A stretch of DNA of 64,000 nucleotides from Squalus acanthias (GCA_030390025.1 CM059436.1:44020001-44084000); one strand, 5' to 3'; positions 27,067-40,234 are shown, numbered from the stretch's first letter. Notes: generated by a model from the letters alone, not told the origin. Numbers and translations: made by a program.

Positions 27067-29580
27067 ATGATGCGGAGATGCCGGTGTTGGACTGGGGTGG
27101 ACAAAATTGAGAGGTCGCACAACACCAGGTTATAGTCCAACAGTTTTATTTGAAATCACAAGCTTTCGGAGCTATCACTCCTTCCTCAGGTGAAGTAAAT
27201 TGGATACAGAATCGCCAGAGCATATATAGATGGAAAAAAAAGCATGTGTACTTTACAATTGCAGACCAATAAATTAAATCATCCTGACTATCTGCCGAGG
27301 TGTGATAAAGTTAATTAAGTCAGCCAGGAAGGTACCACATCAAAAGACATAGCAAGATACAACTGAGACAATGAGGTGTAGTCGCAGGGGTTCCAACGTG
27401 TCAAAAGCTGCCGTCTGTATGTAAAACGAAAAGCTTTAAAAAAAATTTACTTTTTTACTGGGAAAATTTTTACTTTTTTACTGGGAATCACATCTGTGAA
27501 CAAGCTAACGACGACTCGAGTCCGGATCACGTCATGTATCGTGACATAAACCCAAGATCCCGATTGAGACCGTCTTCATGAGTTCGGAACTTGGCTATCA
27601 GTTTCTGCTCGATGATTTTGCGTTGTCGTGTGTTTCTAAGGTTGCCTTGGAGAACGCTTACCCGCAGATCCGAGGCTGAATGTCCTTGACTGCTGAAGTG
27701 TTCCCCGACTGGGAGGTAACAATCCTGCCTGGCGATTGTTGCGCGGTGCTCGTTCATACGTTGTCTCAGTGTCTGCATGGTCTCGCCGATGTACCATGCC
27801 GCGGTGCATTCTTTCCTGCAACGTATGAGGTAGACAACGTTGGCCGAGTCACATGAGTATGTACCATGTACCTGGTGGGTAGTGTCCTCACGTGTGATGG
27901 TGGTATCTGTGTTGATGATCTGGCATGTCTTGCAGAGTTTGCCATGGCAGGGTTGTGTGGTGTCGTGGTCGCTGTTATCCTGAAAGCTGGGTAATTTGCT
28001 GCGAACGATGGTACTTCTGAGGTTAGGCGGCTGTTTGAAGGCAAGTAGTGGAGGCGTGGGGATGGCCTTAGCGAGGTGTTTGTCGTCATCGATGACATGT
28101 TGAAGGCTGCGAAGAACATGTCGTAGTTTCTCCGCTCCGGGGAAGTACTGGACGACGTAGGGTACCCTGTTGGTTGTGTCCCGTGTTTGCCTTCTGAGGA
28201 GGTCTATGCGATTTTTCGCTGTGGCCCGTCGGAACTGTCGATCGATGAGTCGAGCGTCATATCCCGTTCTTACGAGGGCGTTTTTTCAGCGTCCGTAGGT
28301 GTCCATCGCGTTCCTCCTCGTCTGAGCAGATCCTGTGTATTCGCAGGGCTTGTCCATAGGGGATGGCTTCTTTAACATGGTTAGGGTGGAAGCTGGAGAA
28401 GTGGAGCATCGTGAGGTTGTCCGTGGGCTTGCGGTAGAGTGAAGTGCTGAGGTGTCCGTCTTTGATGGAGATTCGTGTGTCCAGGAATGAGACCGATTCT
28501 GAGGAGTAGTCCATGGTGAGTTTGATGGTGGGATGGAACTTGTTTATGTTATCGTGTAGTCTTTTCAGTGATCCTTCGCCATGGGTCCAAAGGAAGAAAA
28601 TGTCGTCGATGTATCTGGTGTACAGCGTTGGCTGGAGGTCCTGTGCAGCGAAGAAGTCTTGCTCGAACTTGTGCATGAAGATGTTGGCGTATTGGGGTGC
28701 GAATTTGGTCCCCATGGCTGTTCCGTGTGTTTGGGTAAAAAAATGGTTGTCGAAGGTGAAGACATTGTGGTCAAGGATGAAGCGGATGAGTTGTAGGATG
28801 GCGTCTGGAGATTGGCTGTTGTTGATGTTGAGTACTGAGGCTGTTGCAGCGATGCCGTCATCGTGGGGGATACTGGTGTAGAGTGCCGATACGTCCATCG
28901 TGGCAAGGAGTGTTCCTGGTTCAACTGGTCCGTGGGTGCTGAGTTTCTGTAAGAAGTCTGTAGTGTCGCGACAGAAGCTGGGGGTTCCCTGTACGATGGG
29001 TTTCAGAATGCCCTCGACGTATCCAGAGAGGTTCTCACACAGGGTTCCATTGCCTGATACGATAGGACGTCCGGGTGTGTTGGCTTTGTGTATCTTTGGG
29101 AGGCAGTAGAAGTCTCCCACGCGGGGAGTACGTGGGATGAGAGCGCGTAGGATGTTTTGAAGGTCTGGATCGAAGGTCTTGATCAGTCTATTGAGTTGGC
29201 GGGTGTGTTCTTTGGTCGGATCTGCGGGTAGCTGTCTGTAGTGTTCCTGGTTGTCCAGTTGTCGGTATGCTTCTTTACAATAGTCCGTTCTGTTCTGTAT
29301 GACGATGGCTCCTCCTTTGTCCGCTGGTTTGATGACAATGTTGCGGTTGGTCTTGAGAGCGTGGATGGCGTTGCGTTGTGCTCGGGTGACATTCTGGACT
29401 GTCTTGTGAGTGCGGCTGATGAATCTGGCGTTGATGCATTTCCTGACAGCTTGAGCATACATGTCAAGCTTGGGGCAGCGACCCTCCGGAGGGGTCCAGT
29501 TTGACTCTTTTTTCTTCGGTTGCTGCACTGCGAGTCCCTCTGTCTGCTGTTCTGGATCATTGATTGTCTCATTGGGTTTG
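27067..29580 (-). mobile_element. Young Penelope-like element of a second family (RT + GIY-YIG + pseudo-LTR)
   Basis: IKPADKGG, LPKIHK, PGRPIVS, GTAMG, RYIDD, CHGKLCKTC and NVVYLIRC...WYIGET. One visible frameshift, near 28281. Probable TSD TTCTTGGTT at 27058-27066 and 29581-29589. Confidence 0.93.
27156..27193 (-). ncRNA. Minimal type I hammerhead ribozyme in Penelope pseudo-LTR
   Basis: Minus strand reads TCAC-CTGAGGA-A-GGAG/TGATAG/CTCC-GAAAG-CTT-GTGA. Confidence 0.8.
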
Positions 29581-29795
29581 TTCTTGGTTCCCATGGGAAC
29601 ATAGCTGCCTATGTTTGCTATCCTATTCTCTCTTACTTCTGCTGATAGCTGACTTTTTCACTGAATTTTAGTTAAGATTACTCATAATTGTCTTTTAATT
29701 GTCTCACCTCTCCTCCTATTCTTGTCAGCTTGCACCACTCCATAACTGTCATTTGCTGGAGCCAGTGGACCTCAGATCACACAAGCAATAAAAAA

Positions 29796-29898
29796 CGTTC
29801 TGACGGAAGGTGATTGACCTGAAACGTTAACTCTGTTTCTCGCTCCACAGATGCTGCCTGTCTTGCGGAGTATTTCCAGCATTTTCTGTTTTTATTTT
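29796..29898 (+). mobile_element. Solo Penelope pseudo-LTR fragment with a variant hammerhead
   Basis: GTT-CTGACGG-AAGGTGATTGACCT-GAAACGTTAAC..., homologous to 13226-13330. Confidence 0.75.
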
Positions 29899-30016
29899 AA
29901 GTAAAATGTAGCAATGGTGTAAGGCACCAGCACTCTAGCATATACATATTTTGATTAAACATTTATTCTTATTAAGCAATTAATAGACACTGGAGGATTC
30001 TCAGGTAATCCTATCA

Positions 30017-31083
30017 CTGGAGAAGAGAGATCATAATATGATAAAATTTCATATTGAGTTTGAGAGTAATGTGGTTAAGTCCTAAACTAGGGTCTTAAAT
30101 TTAAACAAAGCCAATTACATAGGTATAAGGGGCGAGTTGGCTAAGGTAGATTAGGAAATTAGATTAAAAAATTAGATAACCAATGGTGAACATTTAAAGA
30201 AACAATTCATAATTCTCAACGAACATACATTTCATTGAGGAATAAAAACTCCATGGGAAAAGTGGTCCAACTGTGGTTAACTAGAGAAGTTAAGGATAGT
30301 GTTAGATTAAAAGAAGAGGTTTACAACGTTGCCAAAAAGAGTAGTAAGCCTGAGAACTGGAAGGATTTTAGAAATCATCAAAGGATGACCAAGAAATTGA
30401 TAAAGAGGGAGATAACAGAACATGAGAGTAAACTAGCAAGAAATATATAAACAGATTGCAAGAGCTTCTACAAGTATGTAAAAGGAAGAGATTAGCAAAA
30501 GTAAACGTGGGTCCCTTAGAGACAGAGAAAGGAGAAATTATAATGGGGAATAAGGAAATGGCAGGGACGTTAAACAAATATTTTGTATCTGTCTTCACAG
30601 TAGAAGACACAAAAAACATAGTGGGGAACCAAGAGTCTAATGAGAGTGAGAAACTTAAAGTAATTAATATTAGTAAAGAAAAAGTACTGGAGAAATTAAT
30701 GGGACTAAAAGCCGACAAATCCCCTGAACCTGATGGCCTGCATCCTAGGGTTTTAAAAGAGGTGGCTGCAGAGATATTGGATGCATTGGTTTTAATCTTC
30801 CAGAATTCCCTAGATTCGAGAACGGTCCCCAAGGGTTGGAAGGTAGCAAATGTAATCCCGCTGTTCAAGAAAGGGGGGAGAGAGAAAATAGGGAACTATA
30901 GGTCAGTTAGCCTGACATCAGTAGTAGGCAAAATGCTAGAATCTATTATTAGGGACGTGGTAACAGGGCACTTAGGAAGGCAAAGTCAACATGGTTTTAT
31001 GAAAGAGAAATCGTATTTGACAAATCTATTAGAGTTTTTTGAGGGTGTAACTAGCAGGGTAGATAAGGGATAACCAGTGGATG
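30017..31083 (+). mobile_element. CR1 ORF2 continuation
   Basis: DHNMIKF...KSPEPDGLHPRVLKE...NYRSVSLTS...QHGFMK. Confidence 0.9.
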
Positions 31084-31482
31084 ATGGGAAGGGAGGAGGT
31101 AAAAGGACAGGTGTTGCATATCCTGCGCTTGCACGGGAAGGTACTGTGGGAAGGGGTGCGGATGTTGGGGGTGATTGAGGAGTGGACCAAGGTGTCGCGG
31201 AGGAAGCGGTCCCTTCAGAATGCTGAAAGGGGCGGGGAAGAGAAGGTGTGTTTGGTGGTGGGATCATGCTGGAGGTGACGGAAATGGCGGAGGAAGATCC
31301 GTTGAATGTGGAGGCTGGTGGGGTGAAAGGTGAGGACATGGGGAACCCTCTCAAGGTTCTGGGAGGGAGGGGAAGGGATGAGAGCAGAAGTGCGGGAAAT
31401 GTAACAGACACGGTCGAGGATCATGTCAACCACGGTAGAGGGGAATCCTCGGTTGAGGAAAAAGGAAGACATATTGGAAGCA
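31084..31482 (-). mobile_element. Penelope-like fragment
   Basis: SFFLNRGFPSTVVD...LTFHPTSLHIQRI, as in the 11218-13359 element. Confidence 0.85.
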
Positions 31483-31944
31483 CTCACGAGGAAAGACTGA
31501 TGCTGAGCAATACAAACACCTGATATAATTAAACTTACATCATATAATAGTGCTGAACTTTGCAGTGCTCTCACCTGACATCAACCATGATTTCACTTTA
31601 TGTTTCACAATATCTTGCATAACAATAGGCCGCTCATGCTGAGCAACCCAGCCTACTCACTCCATTTTAATTGATAAGTAGATTTGTATCATATAACATT
31701 TGCTGAATGTGGCAGTGTAGTACTTAAAGCTGGTTTACACGTTGCTTCATTCCTTTGTCGGATGTCCTGAGATTTGAATGTAAAAGACCCAAGTCACCTT
31801 TAGGTTAAAATGATTCAATAACCTTAAAATGGAGTTGAAATAAGAAATTGGCTCAAAAAGGTCACTTTCTCCCTGTAGAAGTTATTGGTATATCTTTATT
31901 TTCTGAAGGTATTAGAAATAAAATCATGAAAACGTAGCCTACGG

Positions 31945-34657
31945 TTATGATGGAAACCTGGCTGAGGTGTGATGACACTTTACCCCTAAATGAAGCCTCC
32001 CCTCCTGGCTATACCTTCTATCATTTGCCCCACCCAGATTGCCATGGTGGCGGTGTGGCTCTCATCACCAAATCACACCTCAGTCTGTCCCCCTGCTCCT
32101 CCTGCACTTTCTCCTCCTTTGAGCATCTTACCTTGTTCCACCCCTCTCACCTCTCATTTAAAATTCTCGTTCTCTACCGCCCACTCAAGTACCATAAAAA
32201 TGTTATCACCGAGCTATCTTCATTGCTCTCCTCCCTCAGCCTCTGCACCGAGCGTCTTCTCATCCTCGGTGATTTCAAACTCCATCTCAATTCATCATGC
32301 CCTCTCTCCTCTGAGTTCACTACCCTCCTATCCTCCCTTAATCTCTCCCTCCATGTAAACTCCCGAACCCATATTCACGGCCAGCGCCTTGACCTTGCCA
32401 TCTCTCGTGGCCTCGCTACTCCCATCATGTCATTCACAGATAAGGTCATCTATGACCACTTCCTCGTATCACTCTCCCCCTTGCCCCCAACAACCCTACT
32501 TCCTTCTGAGTCCGCCCCTGGAAAAAGCTCTCTCCCAACTCTCTTACAGCTGCACTTACGAAATCCTAACTGTCCAGCCTTTGGTTCTCCATTCACCACG
32601 ATATTTCTGCAACTACCAATCTGCTCAACCACACCCTCACCACCACCTTTGATGCCCTAGTCCTTATTAAAACCATTACCCTCTCTCTCTCTCTCACCCT
32701 GGCTGTTCCTCCGGTACAGTCCTCATTTCCGCTCCCTTATGTCCAAGGGATGCAGATTTGAACGGATATGGCGGACAACTGGTTTAGCCATTCACCGCCA
32801 GATCTGGCTGGACCACATAAAGCATTATCGGGTCCTGCTCTCGTCTGCCAAAACTGCTCACTATTCCAGAATCATTCTGGAATGCAAAGATAAACCCCGG
32901 CTTCTATTCTCTACTGTTAACCGTCTTCTTAAACCCCTCTCCCCGTCTCCTCCACCCTCACCTCCGACAACAAGTGTGAGGAGCTCACGGACATCTTTGC
33001 GTCTAAGATTGAGACCATCCGTTCAGCTGCTCAGCCACTTCCCTTCCTTCCCCTAGCTTACTGGGCCAAACTTCCTCTAAGGTTCCCCCCGCCCTAGCCC
33101 TGAACTCACATCTTTCTCCACTTTCTCTCTGATCTCCCCTCATGACCTCTTTGCGCTCATCTTGTCCATGAGACCCACTTCCTGCTCCCTCAACCCTATT
33201 TCCACTAAACTGCTGGCCACCCAACTTCCTTGCGTCCGTCCTTGCAAACGACTGCCCCATCTCCAACTTCCCTTTCCTCTCCAAAGTCCTTGAATGTGTT
33301 ATTGCCTCCCAAATCCGTGCCCCTCTTTCCCGGAACTCCAAGTTTGAATCCCTCCAATCAGGTTTCCGCCCTTACCACTGTACCGAAACAGCTCTCATCA
33401 AAGTCACAAATGACATCCTTTGTGACTATGACAAAGGTAAACTATCCCTCCTCGTCCTTCTCGACCTGTCTGCAGCCTTTGACATGGTTGACCACTCCAT
33501 CCTCCAATGCCTCTCCACTGTCGTCCAGCTGGGTGGGACTGCACTCGCCTGGTTCCATTCTTATCTATCTAATCATAGCCAGAGAATCACCTGCAATAGC
33601 TTTTCTTCCCGCTCCCACATTGTACCTCTGGTGTCCGCTAAGGATCTATCCTTGGCCCCCTCCTATTTCTCATCTACATGCTGCCCCTCGCCGACATCAT
33701 CCAAAAACACAGCGTCAGTTTCCACATATATGCTGACGACACCCAGCTCTACCTCTCAACCACTTCTCTTGACCCATCCACTAAATTGTCTGACTGCTTG
33801 TCCGACATCCAGTACTGGATGAACAGAAATTTTCTCCAATTAAATATTGGGAAGACCAAAGCCATTGTCTTCGGTCCCTGCCACAAACTCCGTTCCCTAG
33901 CCACTGACTCCATCCCCCTCCCTAGCATCTGTCTGAGGCTGAACCAGACTGTTCACAACCTTGGTGTCATATCTGACCCTGAAATGAGCTTCCGACCACA
34001 TATCCGCACCATAAGACCGCCTATTTCCACCTCCATAATATTGCCCATCTCCGCTCCTGCCTCAGCTCATCTCCTGCTGAAACCCTCATCCATGCCTTTA
34101 TCACCTTTAGACTTCACTATTCCAATGATCTCCTGGCTGGCCTCCCACGATCTACCCTACATAAACTTGAGGTCATCCAAAACTTGTGTCCTAACTCGCA
34201 CCAAGTCTCGTTCACCCATCACCCCTGTGCTCGCTGACCTAAGTTAGCTCTTGGTTAAGAAAAGCCTTGATTTAAAATTCTCATCCTTGTTTTCAAATCC
34301 CTCCATGGGCCTCGCCCCTCCCTATCTCTGTAATCTCCTCCAGCCCAACAAACCCCCGAGATATCTGCACTCCTCTAATTCTGGCCTCTTGAGCATCCCT
34401 GATTTTAATCGTCCAACCATTGGTGGCCATGCCTTCAGCTGCCAAGGCTCTAACCTCTGGAATTCCCTCCCTAAACCTCTCCGCCTCTCTTTCCTCCTTT
34501 AAGGCGCTCCTTAAAACCTACCTCTTTGACCAAGCTTTTGGACACCTGCCCTAAATTCTCCTTATGTGGCTTGGCGTCAAATTTTGTTTTGTAACACTCC
34601 TGTGAAGCGCCTTGGGACTACGGTAAAAGCGCTACATAAATAGAAGTTGTTGTTGTT
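31945..34657 (+). mobile_element. L2 LINE, near-complete frameshifted ORF2 (endonuclease + RT)
   Basis: ETWL...GGGVA...LYRP...[23 protein letters not shown] and a (TTG)n tail. Confidence 0.92.
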
Positions 34658-35082
34658 ATGTCAGAGGTGTTGTGCATATTGCTCCATCACCAAGACCAAT
34701 ATTTCCAACTCTGTAAAATCGACCGATTTCGCCTCTGCCTCAGCTTATCTGCGGCTGAAACCCTCATCCATGCCTTTGTTATTCTGGTCTTGACTATTCC
34801 AATGCTCTCCTGGCTGACATCCCATCTTCCACCCTACATAAACTTGAATTCATCCAAAACTCTGCTGCCCGTATCCTAACTCACACCAAGTCCTGTTCAC
34901 CTCTCACCCCTGTGCTCGCTAACCTACATTGGCTCCTGGTTAAGCCTCAATTAAAAAATTCTCAACCTTGCTTTCGAATCCCTCCATGGCCTCGCCCTTA
35001 CCTTTCTCTGTAACCTCCTCCAGCCCTACAACCCTCTGAGATCTCTGAGTTCCTCCAATTCTAGCCTCTTTAAATCTCTCCA

Positions 35083-37618
35083 TCATAGAGTCATAGAGTT
35101 ATACAGCACAGAAAGAGGCCCTTCAGCCCATCGTGTCATAGAAACATAGAAGATAGGAGTAGGAGTAGGCCATTCGGCCCCTCGAGCCTGCTCCGCCATT
35201 CAATGCCTTCATGGCTGATCATCCAAATTCAGTACCCTGCCCCTGCTTTCTCCCCATATCCCTTGATCCCCTTAGCCTTAAGAAATATATCTAACTCCTT
35301 CTTGAATATATTTAATGAATTGGACTCAACTGTCTTCTGTGGTAGAGAATTGCACAGGTTCACCACTCTCTGGATGAAGAAATTCCTCCTCATCTCTGTC
35401 CTAAATGGCTTACCCCTTATTTTTAGACTGTGACCTCTGGTTCTGGACTCCCCCGCCATCGGGAACATCCTTCCTGCATCTAGTCTGTCTAGTCCTGTTA
35501 GAATTTTATAAGTTTCAATGAGATCCCCTCTCATTCTTCCAAACTCTAGCGAATACAAGCCCAATCGACCCAATCTCTCTTCATACGTCATTCCTGCCAT
35601 CCCAGGTATCAGTCTGGTGAATCTTTGTTGCACTCCCTCCATGGCAAGAACATCCTTCCTCAGATAAGGCGACCAAAACTGCACACAATACTAAAGGTGT
35701 GGTCTCAGCAAGACCCTGTAAAACTGCAGCAAGACATCCTTGCTCCTGTACTCGAATCCTCTCGCTATGAAGGCCAACATACCATTTGCCTTCTTAACCG
35801 CCTGCTGCACCTGCATGCTTACCTTCAGCGACTGGTGCACAAGGACACCCAGGTCTCGTTGCACTTCCCCTTTTCCCAATCTATTGCCGTTCAGATAATA
35901 ATCTGCCTTCCTGTTTTTGCCACCAAAGTGGATAATCTCGCATTTATCCGCATTATACTGCATCTGCCATGCATCTGCCCAATCACCCAACCTGTCCAAA
36001 TCATACTGGAGTTTCTCTGCATCCTCCTCACAGCACACACGTCCACCCAGCTTTGTGTCGTCTGCAAACTTGGAGATATTACATCTAGTTCCCTCATCTA
36101 GATCATTAATCTATATTGTCCGCGCCGGCCATCAAGCCCTGTCTATTCTAATCCCATTTTCCAGCACTTGGTCCGTAGCCTTGTATGCTATGGCGTTTCA
36201 AGTGCTCATCTAAATGCTTCTTGAATGTTGTGAGGGTTCCTGCCTCTACCACCCTTTCAGGCAGTGAGTTCCAGATTCCAACCACCCTCTGGGTGAAAAA
36301 GTTTTTCCTCAAATCCCCTCTAAACCTCCTGCCCCTTACCTTGAAACTATGCCCCCTGGTTATTGACCTCTCTACTAAGGGGAAAAGTTCCTTTCTATCT
36401 ACCCTATCTATGCCCCTCATAATTTTGTACACCTCAATCAGGTCCCCCTCAGCCTTCTCTGTTCTAAGGAAAATAACCCCAGCCTGTCCAGTCTCTCTTC
36501 ATAGCTGAAGCGCTCCAGCCCAGGTAACATCCTGGTGAATCTCCTCTGCACCCTCTCCAATGCAATCACATCCCTCCTATAGTGTGGTGACCAGAACTGC
36601 ACACAATATTCCAGCTGTGGCCTAACTAATATTTTGTACAGCTCCATCATAACCTCCCTGCTCTTATATTCTATGCCTCGGCTAATGAAGGCAAGTATCC
36701 CATATGCCTTTTTAACCACCATATCTACCTGTCCTGCTGCCTTCAGGGATGTATGTACATGCACACCAAGGTCCCTCTGATCCTCTGTCCTTCCTAGGAT
36801 CCTACCATTCATTGTGTATTCCCTTGCCTTGTTTGTCCTCCCAAAATGCATCACCTCACACTTTTCAGGGTTAAATTCCATTTGCCACTGTTCTGCCCAT
36901 CTAACCATCCTGTCTATATCGTCCTGTAGCCTGAGGCTTCTCTCCTCGCTATTTACCATTCCACCAATTTTCGTGTCATCTGCGAACTTACTGATCATAC
37001 TTCCTACATTCATATCTAAATCATTAATGTACACTACAAACAGCAAAGGACCCAGCACCGATCCCTCCGGTACACCACTGGACACAGGCTTCCAGTCACA
37101 AAAACAACCTTCGACCATCACCCTCTGCCTCCTGCCACTAAGTCAATTTTGGATCCAATGTGCCAAATTGCCCTGGATCCCATGGGCTCTTACCTTCTTG
37201 ACCAGTCTCCCATGTGGGACTTTGTCAAAAGCCTTACTGAAGTCCATGTAGACTACATCAACTGTACTACCCTCATCCACACACCTCGTCACCCCCTCGA
37301 AAAATTCAATCAAATTGGTCAGACATGATCTCCCCCTGACAAAGCTATGCTGACTATCCCTGATTCATCCCTGTTTCTCCAAGTGGAGACTAATTCTGTC
37401 CCTCAGAATTTTTTCCAATAATTTCCCTACCACTGATGTTAGGCTCACTGGCCTGTAATTCCCTGGTTTATCCCTACTACCCTTCTTGAACAATGGTACT
37501 ACGTTAGCTGTTCTCCAGTCCTCTGGCAGCTCCCCTGTGGCCAGAGAGGTTCTGAAAATTTGTGTCAGAGCCCCTGCAATCTCCTCCCTTGCCTCACACA
37601 GCAGCCTGGGATACATCC
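35083..37618 (-). mobile_element. CR1 LINE (RT to 3' end), with a second CR1 inserted in its 3' UTR
   Basis: MYPRLL...NYRPVSLT, GVPEGSVLGP, KFADDTK, KNFFTQRVV and a (CATAGAGT)n tail. Confidence 0.9.
35138..36116 (-). mobile_element. Nested CR1 3' fragment of a different subfamily
   Basis: WQMQYNADKC...RRNFFIQRVV and a CATAGAAA tail. Possible TSD TGTC at 35134-35137 and 36117-36120. Confidence 0.88.
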
Positions 37619-38462
37619 CAGACCATTGTCGGCCTTTTCTTTCAACTGCCTAGGCCCTAAGCTATGGAATTCCCTCCCTAAACCTCTCTGACTATCTACC
37701 TCTCTCTCCTCCTTTAAGACACTCCTTAAAACCTACCTCTTTGACCAAGCTTTTGGTCATCTGTCCTCGTATCTCCTTATGTGACTCAGTGTCAAATGTT
37801 GTTTGATAACGCTCCTGTGAAGTGCCTTGGGATGTTTTACTCAGTTAAAGGCACTATATAAATGCAAGTTGTTGTTGTTTCTATATGCCTCTATGTCAAA
37901 CATACAGGTGCCAAATGATGTTCTTTTACAGCTTCTGCTGTTGAAGCTTTCTTGCTGCAAACCTACCACAAATGTACTCACTCAAGGAAGGGCATTCCCT
38001 ACAGTCATTCAAAAATGAACTGGACAAGATTCTGACAGAAAAACATTTCCAGTTACAGAATTAAATTTGCAGGTTAGCTGGAATTAGATGGATTTATGAG
38101 TTACCACAGTCAGGTAAAGAGTAAAGTTCCACCTACACTGAACCATCAAACACATCCAGGTCAGGTGGAGCTGGCATCAGAAAACATTTGCCAACCTACT
38201 AAGTTCTCTCAGCAACAGCAATTAGCCTCTTAGATGGAAAGATTAAAGAAAAAGAAACTTAGAATACAGAAACAGGGCAAGGAACCATAGAACCTTCCAT
38301 TTGGCCCATCAAATCTGTACCACTTAGTCTAATCACACTCTTTTGCTCACACCCATGCCCTTTCATATTCCCCTTTCCTACTCTTCATTTCTTTTCCAAG
38401 CAACTATCTAATTCTCTTTTTAAAGTATTTATGGACCATGTTTCAACAAGGACTTGAGGTTG

Positions 38463-40234
38463 TGTAAAATTCGCAATTATCGCGATTCGAAATAACAAGA
38501 TAGAAGCAGATTCGTTTGATCAGTTTATTTAAACGAAATGCTGTCATGATATAAAGGACACAGAAGCCTGTAAAATGGCCGCCGAGCATCGTGGCAGAAG
38601 CTTCCAGAATACAGTGGGCAGACAAGATGGCGTTCGAATAAACATTTCAGTAGAAGATTGGTTAATACGCAGCAAACACTGATAAAGACAGGATGCAACC
38701 TGTCTGCATTCGACACAATAGCAAAGATATAAGTGCTGGAATCATTTTCCATGCACAAGTAAGGACCATTGTAATGGGCAATCGAAGGCCCATCCAGACA
38801 CAGCAATACACATATCAGTATTCGAGAAGGCCCCAAACCCAGTCAGGGAGACTCCTAGCCGGCTCGACAATGGGGAAAACATTAACGGATAGTTGGCCAG
38901 TTTAAGGTGCTACCGAAACCCATTAAAGGAAAGAATCGCCCCATGCTGGGAGTTTTGTGCACCAGTATTACACAAAGGACAAACATCAAGATTTGAGCGG
39001 GAGATAAGGGAAGCACTATAACTATAGTGAACAAATGTCCATCAAGGGCTTATTCTCTGGATTCGACTCATATCTCTGCTGACTCTTGACTCGAGCTGGA
39101 CTCTTGACTGATTGATCTCGCTGATGACTGCTGAACTTTTATTCTCCTATTCTGATCCTCGGGTATCGCTCTGCTGGACGAGCAGCCTTCTGTTTTTCTC
39201 TGGACTCTGTTGACTACGAGACGAGACGAGACGAGAAGAAGAGGAGAAGAATCCACGTACCGCCACGGTCAGTAAACCCCGACCGCGCCCGAAAATACAA
39301 GAAAGAACTGCAGCGAAACGTGCCGAGTGCATTACTTTAAAATTCTCCGAAGTATCACGAGTGGTGAACATGTTTCCTCGATCCTACAAATCTAGATTAG
39401 TGTAGGTATTAATAGGGGAGGGTGGTTTTATTAAGGATAAATATAATGTGTTCCCCTTTTTACAATGTGCCGTGCGTTCCTCGTTTCCCTAAACCTAGTT
39501 TTATAAATGTATGTAAGCTTGTACTGTCATTAATCTGTGCTTATGACATGTATTTCGTAATTCTGAACAATATAGAAACATAGAAACATAGAATCTAGGA
39601 GCAGGAGTAGGCCATTCGGCCCGTCGAGCCTGCTCCACCATTCAATACGATCATGGCTGATCATTCAAATCCAGTACCCTGTCCCTGCTTTAATCCCCAC
39701 AGTACACATATCCCACCCTAGCCCCGTAACCCCACGTATTTAATTCCCCCTAACATATCCCATCCTATCCCCATAACCCCACATATTTAATCCCCCCCCC
39801 TAACACTAAGGGTCAATTTATCATAGCCAAATCAACCTAACCCGCACATTTTTGGACTGTGGGAGGAAACCGGAGCACCCGGAGGAAACCCACGCAGACA
39901 CGGGGAGAATGTGCAAACTCCACACAGACAGTCACCTGAGGTCAGATTCGAACCCGGGTCTCTGGCGCTGTGAGGCACCAGTGCTAACCACTATGCCACC
40001 GTGTTGCCATATGCACCGTATATGCAATAAAGATTTCCATTTCGTACTATTCAACCGAGTCTATTTGAGTTTTTCTCTGCATTACTGCTCTCGCACCTAA
40101 GTCCAGTGTTAGAACCGTAAGGGCGAGTGGGTCGAACCACTCACAGGTGTTTAGTGCTACAAGGCTGGCTGGAGACCAAAGCAAGCAATAAGGCCTAACC
40201 CCGCACAAGCACCTACGAACCGTAACCCCTTACA
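38463..40234 (+). mobile_element. Solo LTR (copy A) containing a SINE insertion
   Basis: TGTAAAA...CCTTACA termini, 4-bp TSD GTTG, AATAAA at 40026. No primer-binding site or internal region follows. Homologous to 42618-44264. Confidence 0.85.
39573..40008 (-). mobile_element. HE1-type V-SINE (tRNA head, V domain, CR1-derived tail)
   Basis: A box TGGCATAGTGG, B box GGTTCGAATC, V domain TGTGTGGAGTTTGCACATTCTCCCCGTGTCTGCGTGGGTTTCCTCC and a CR1-like tail. Absent from LTR copy B. Confidence 0.88.

Larger units (their letters stand above)
24417..30016. mobile_element. Putative solo LTR (roughly 0.8 kb net) split by later insertions
   Basis: TGTTAGG...CCTATCA termini with 4-bp TSD CTGG (24413-24416, 30017-30020). 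Removing it rejoins the CR1 endonuclease sequence. Confidence 0.75.
34680..37879 (+). mobile_element. L2 3' fragment (34680-35075 and 37620-37879) split by nested CR1s
   Basis: [10 protein letters not shown] on the left; L2 3' UTR and tail resume at about 37620. Confidence 0.8.

Noticed and set aside
28257-29594. Complete 445-aa host gene starting at 29594
   Set aside because: It is Penelope RT. The ATG appears to come from flanking sequence beyond the probable TSD, and the stop results from a frameshift.
39930-40008. tRNA gene
   Set aside because: It is the tRNA-derived head of a V-SINE, continuous with the V domain and a CR1 tail. Similar SINE-head remnants lie at about 9085, 22640 and 54740.
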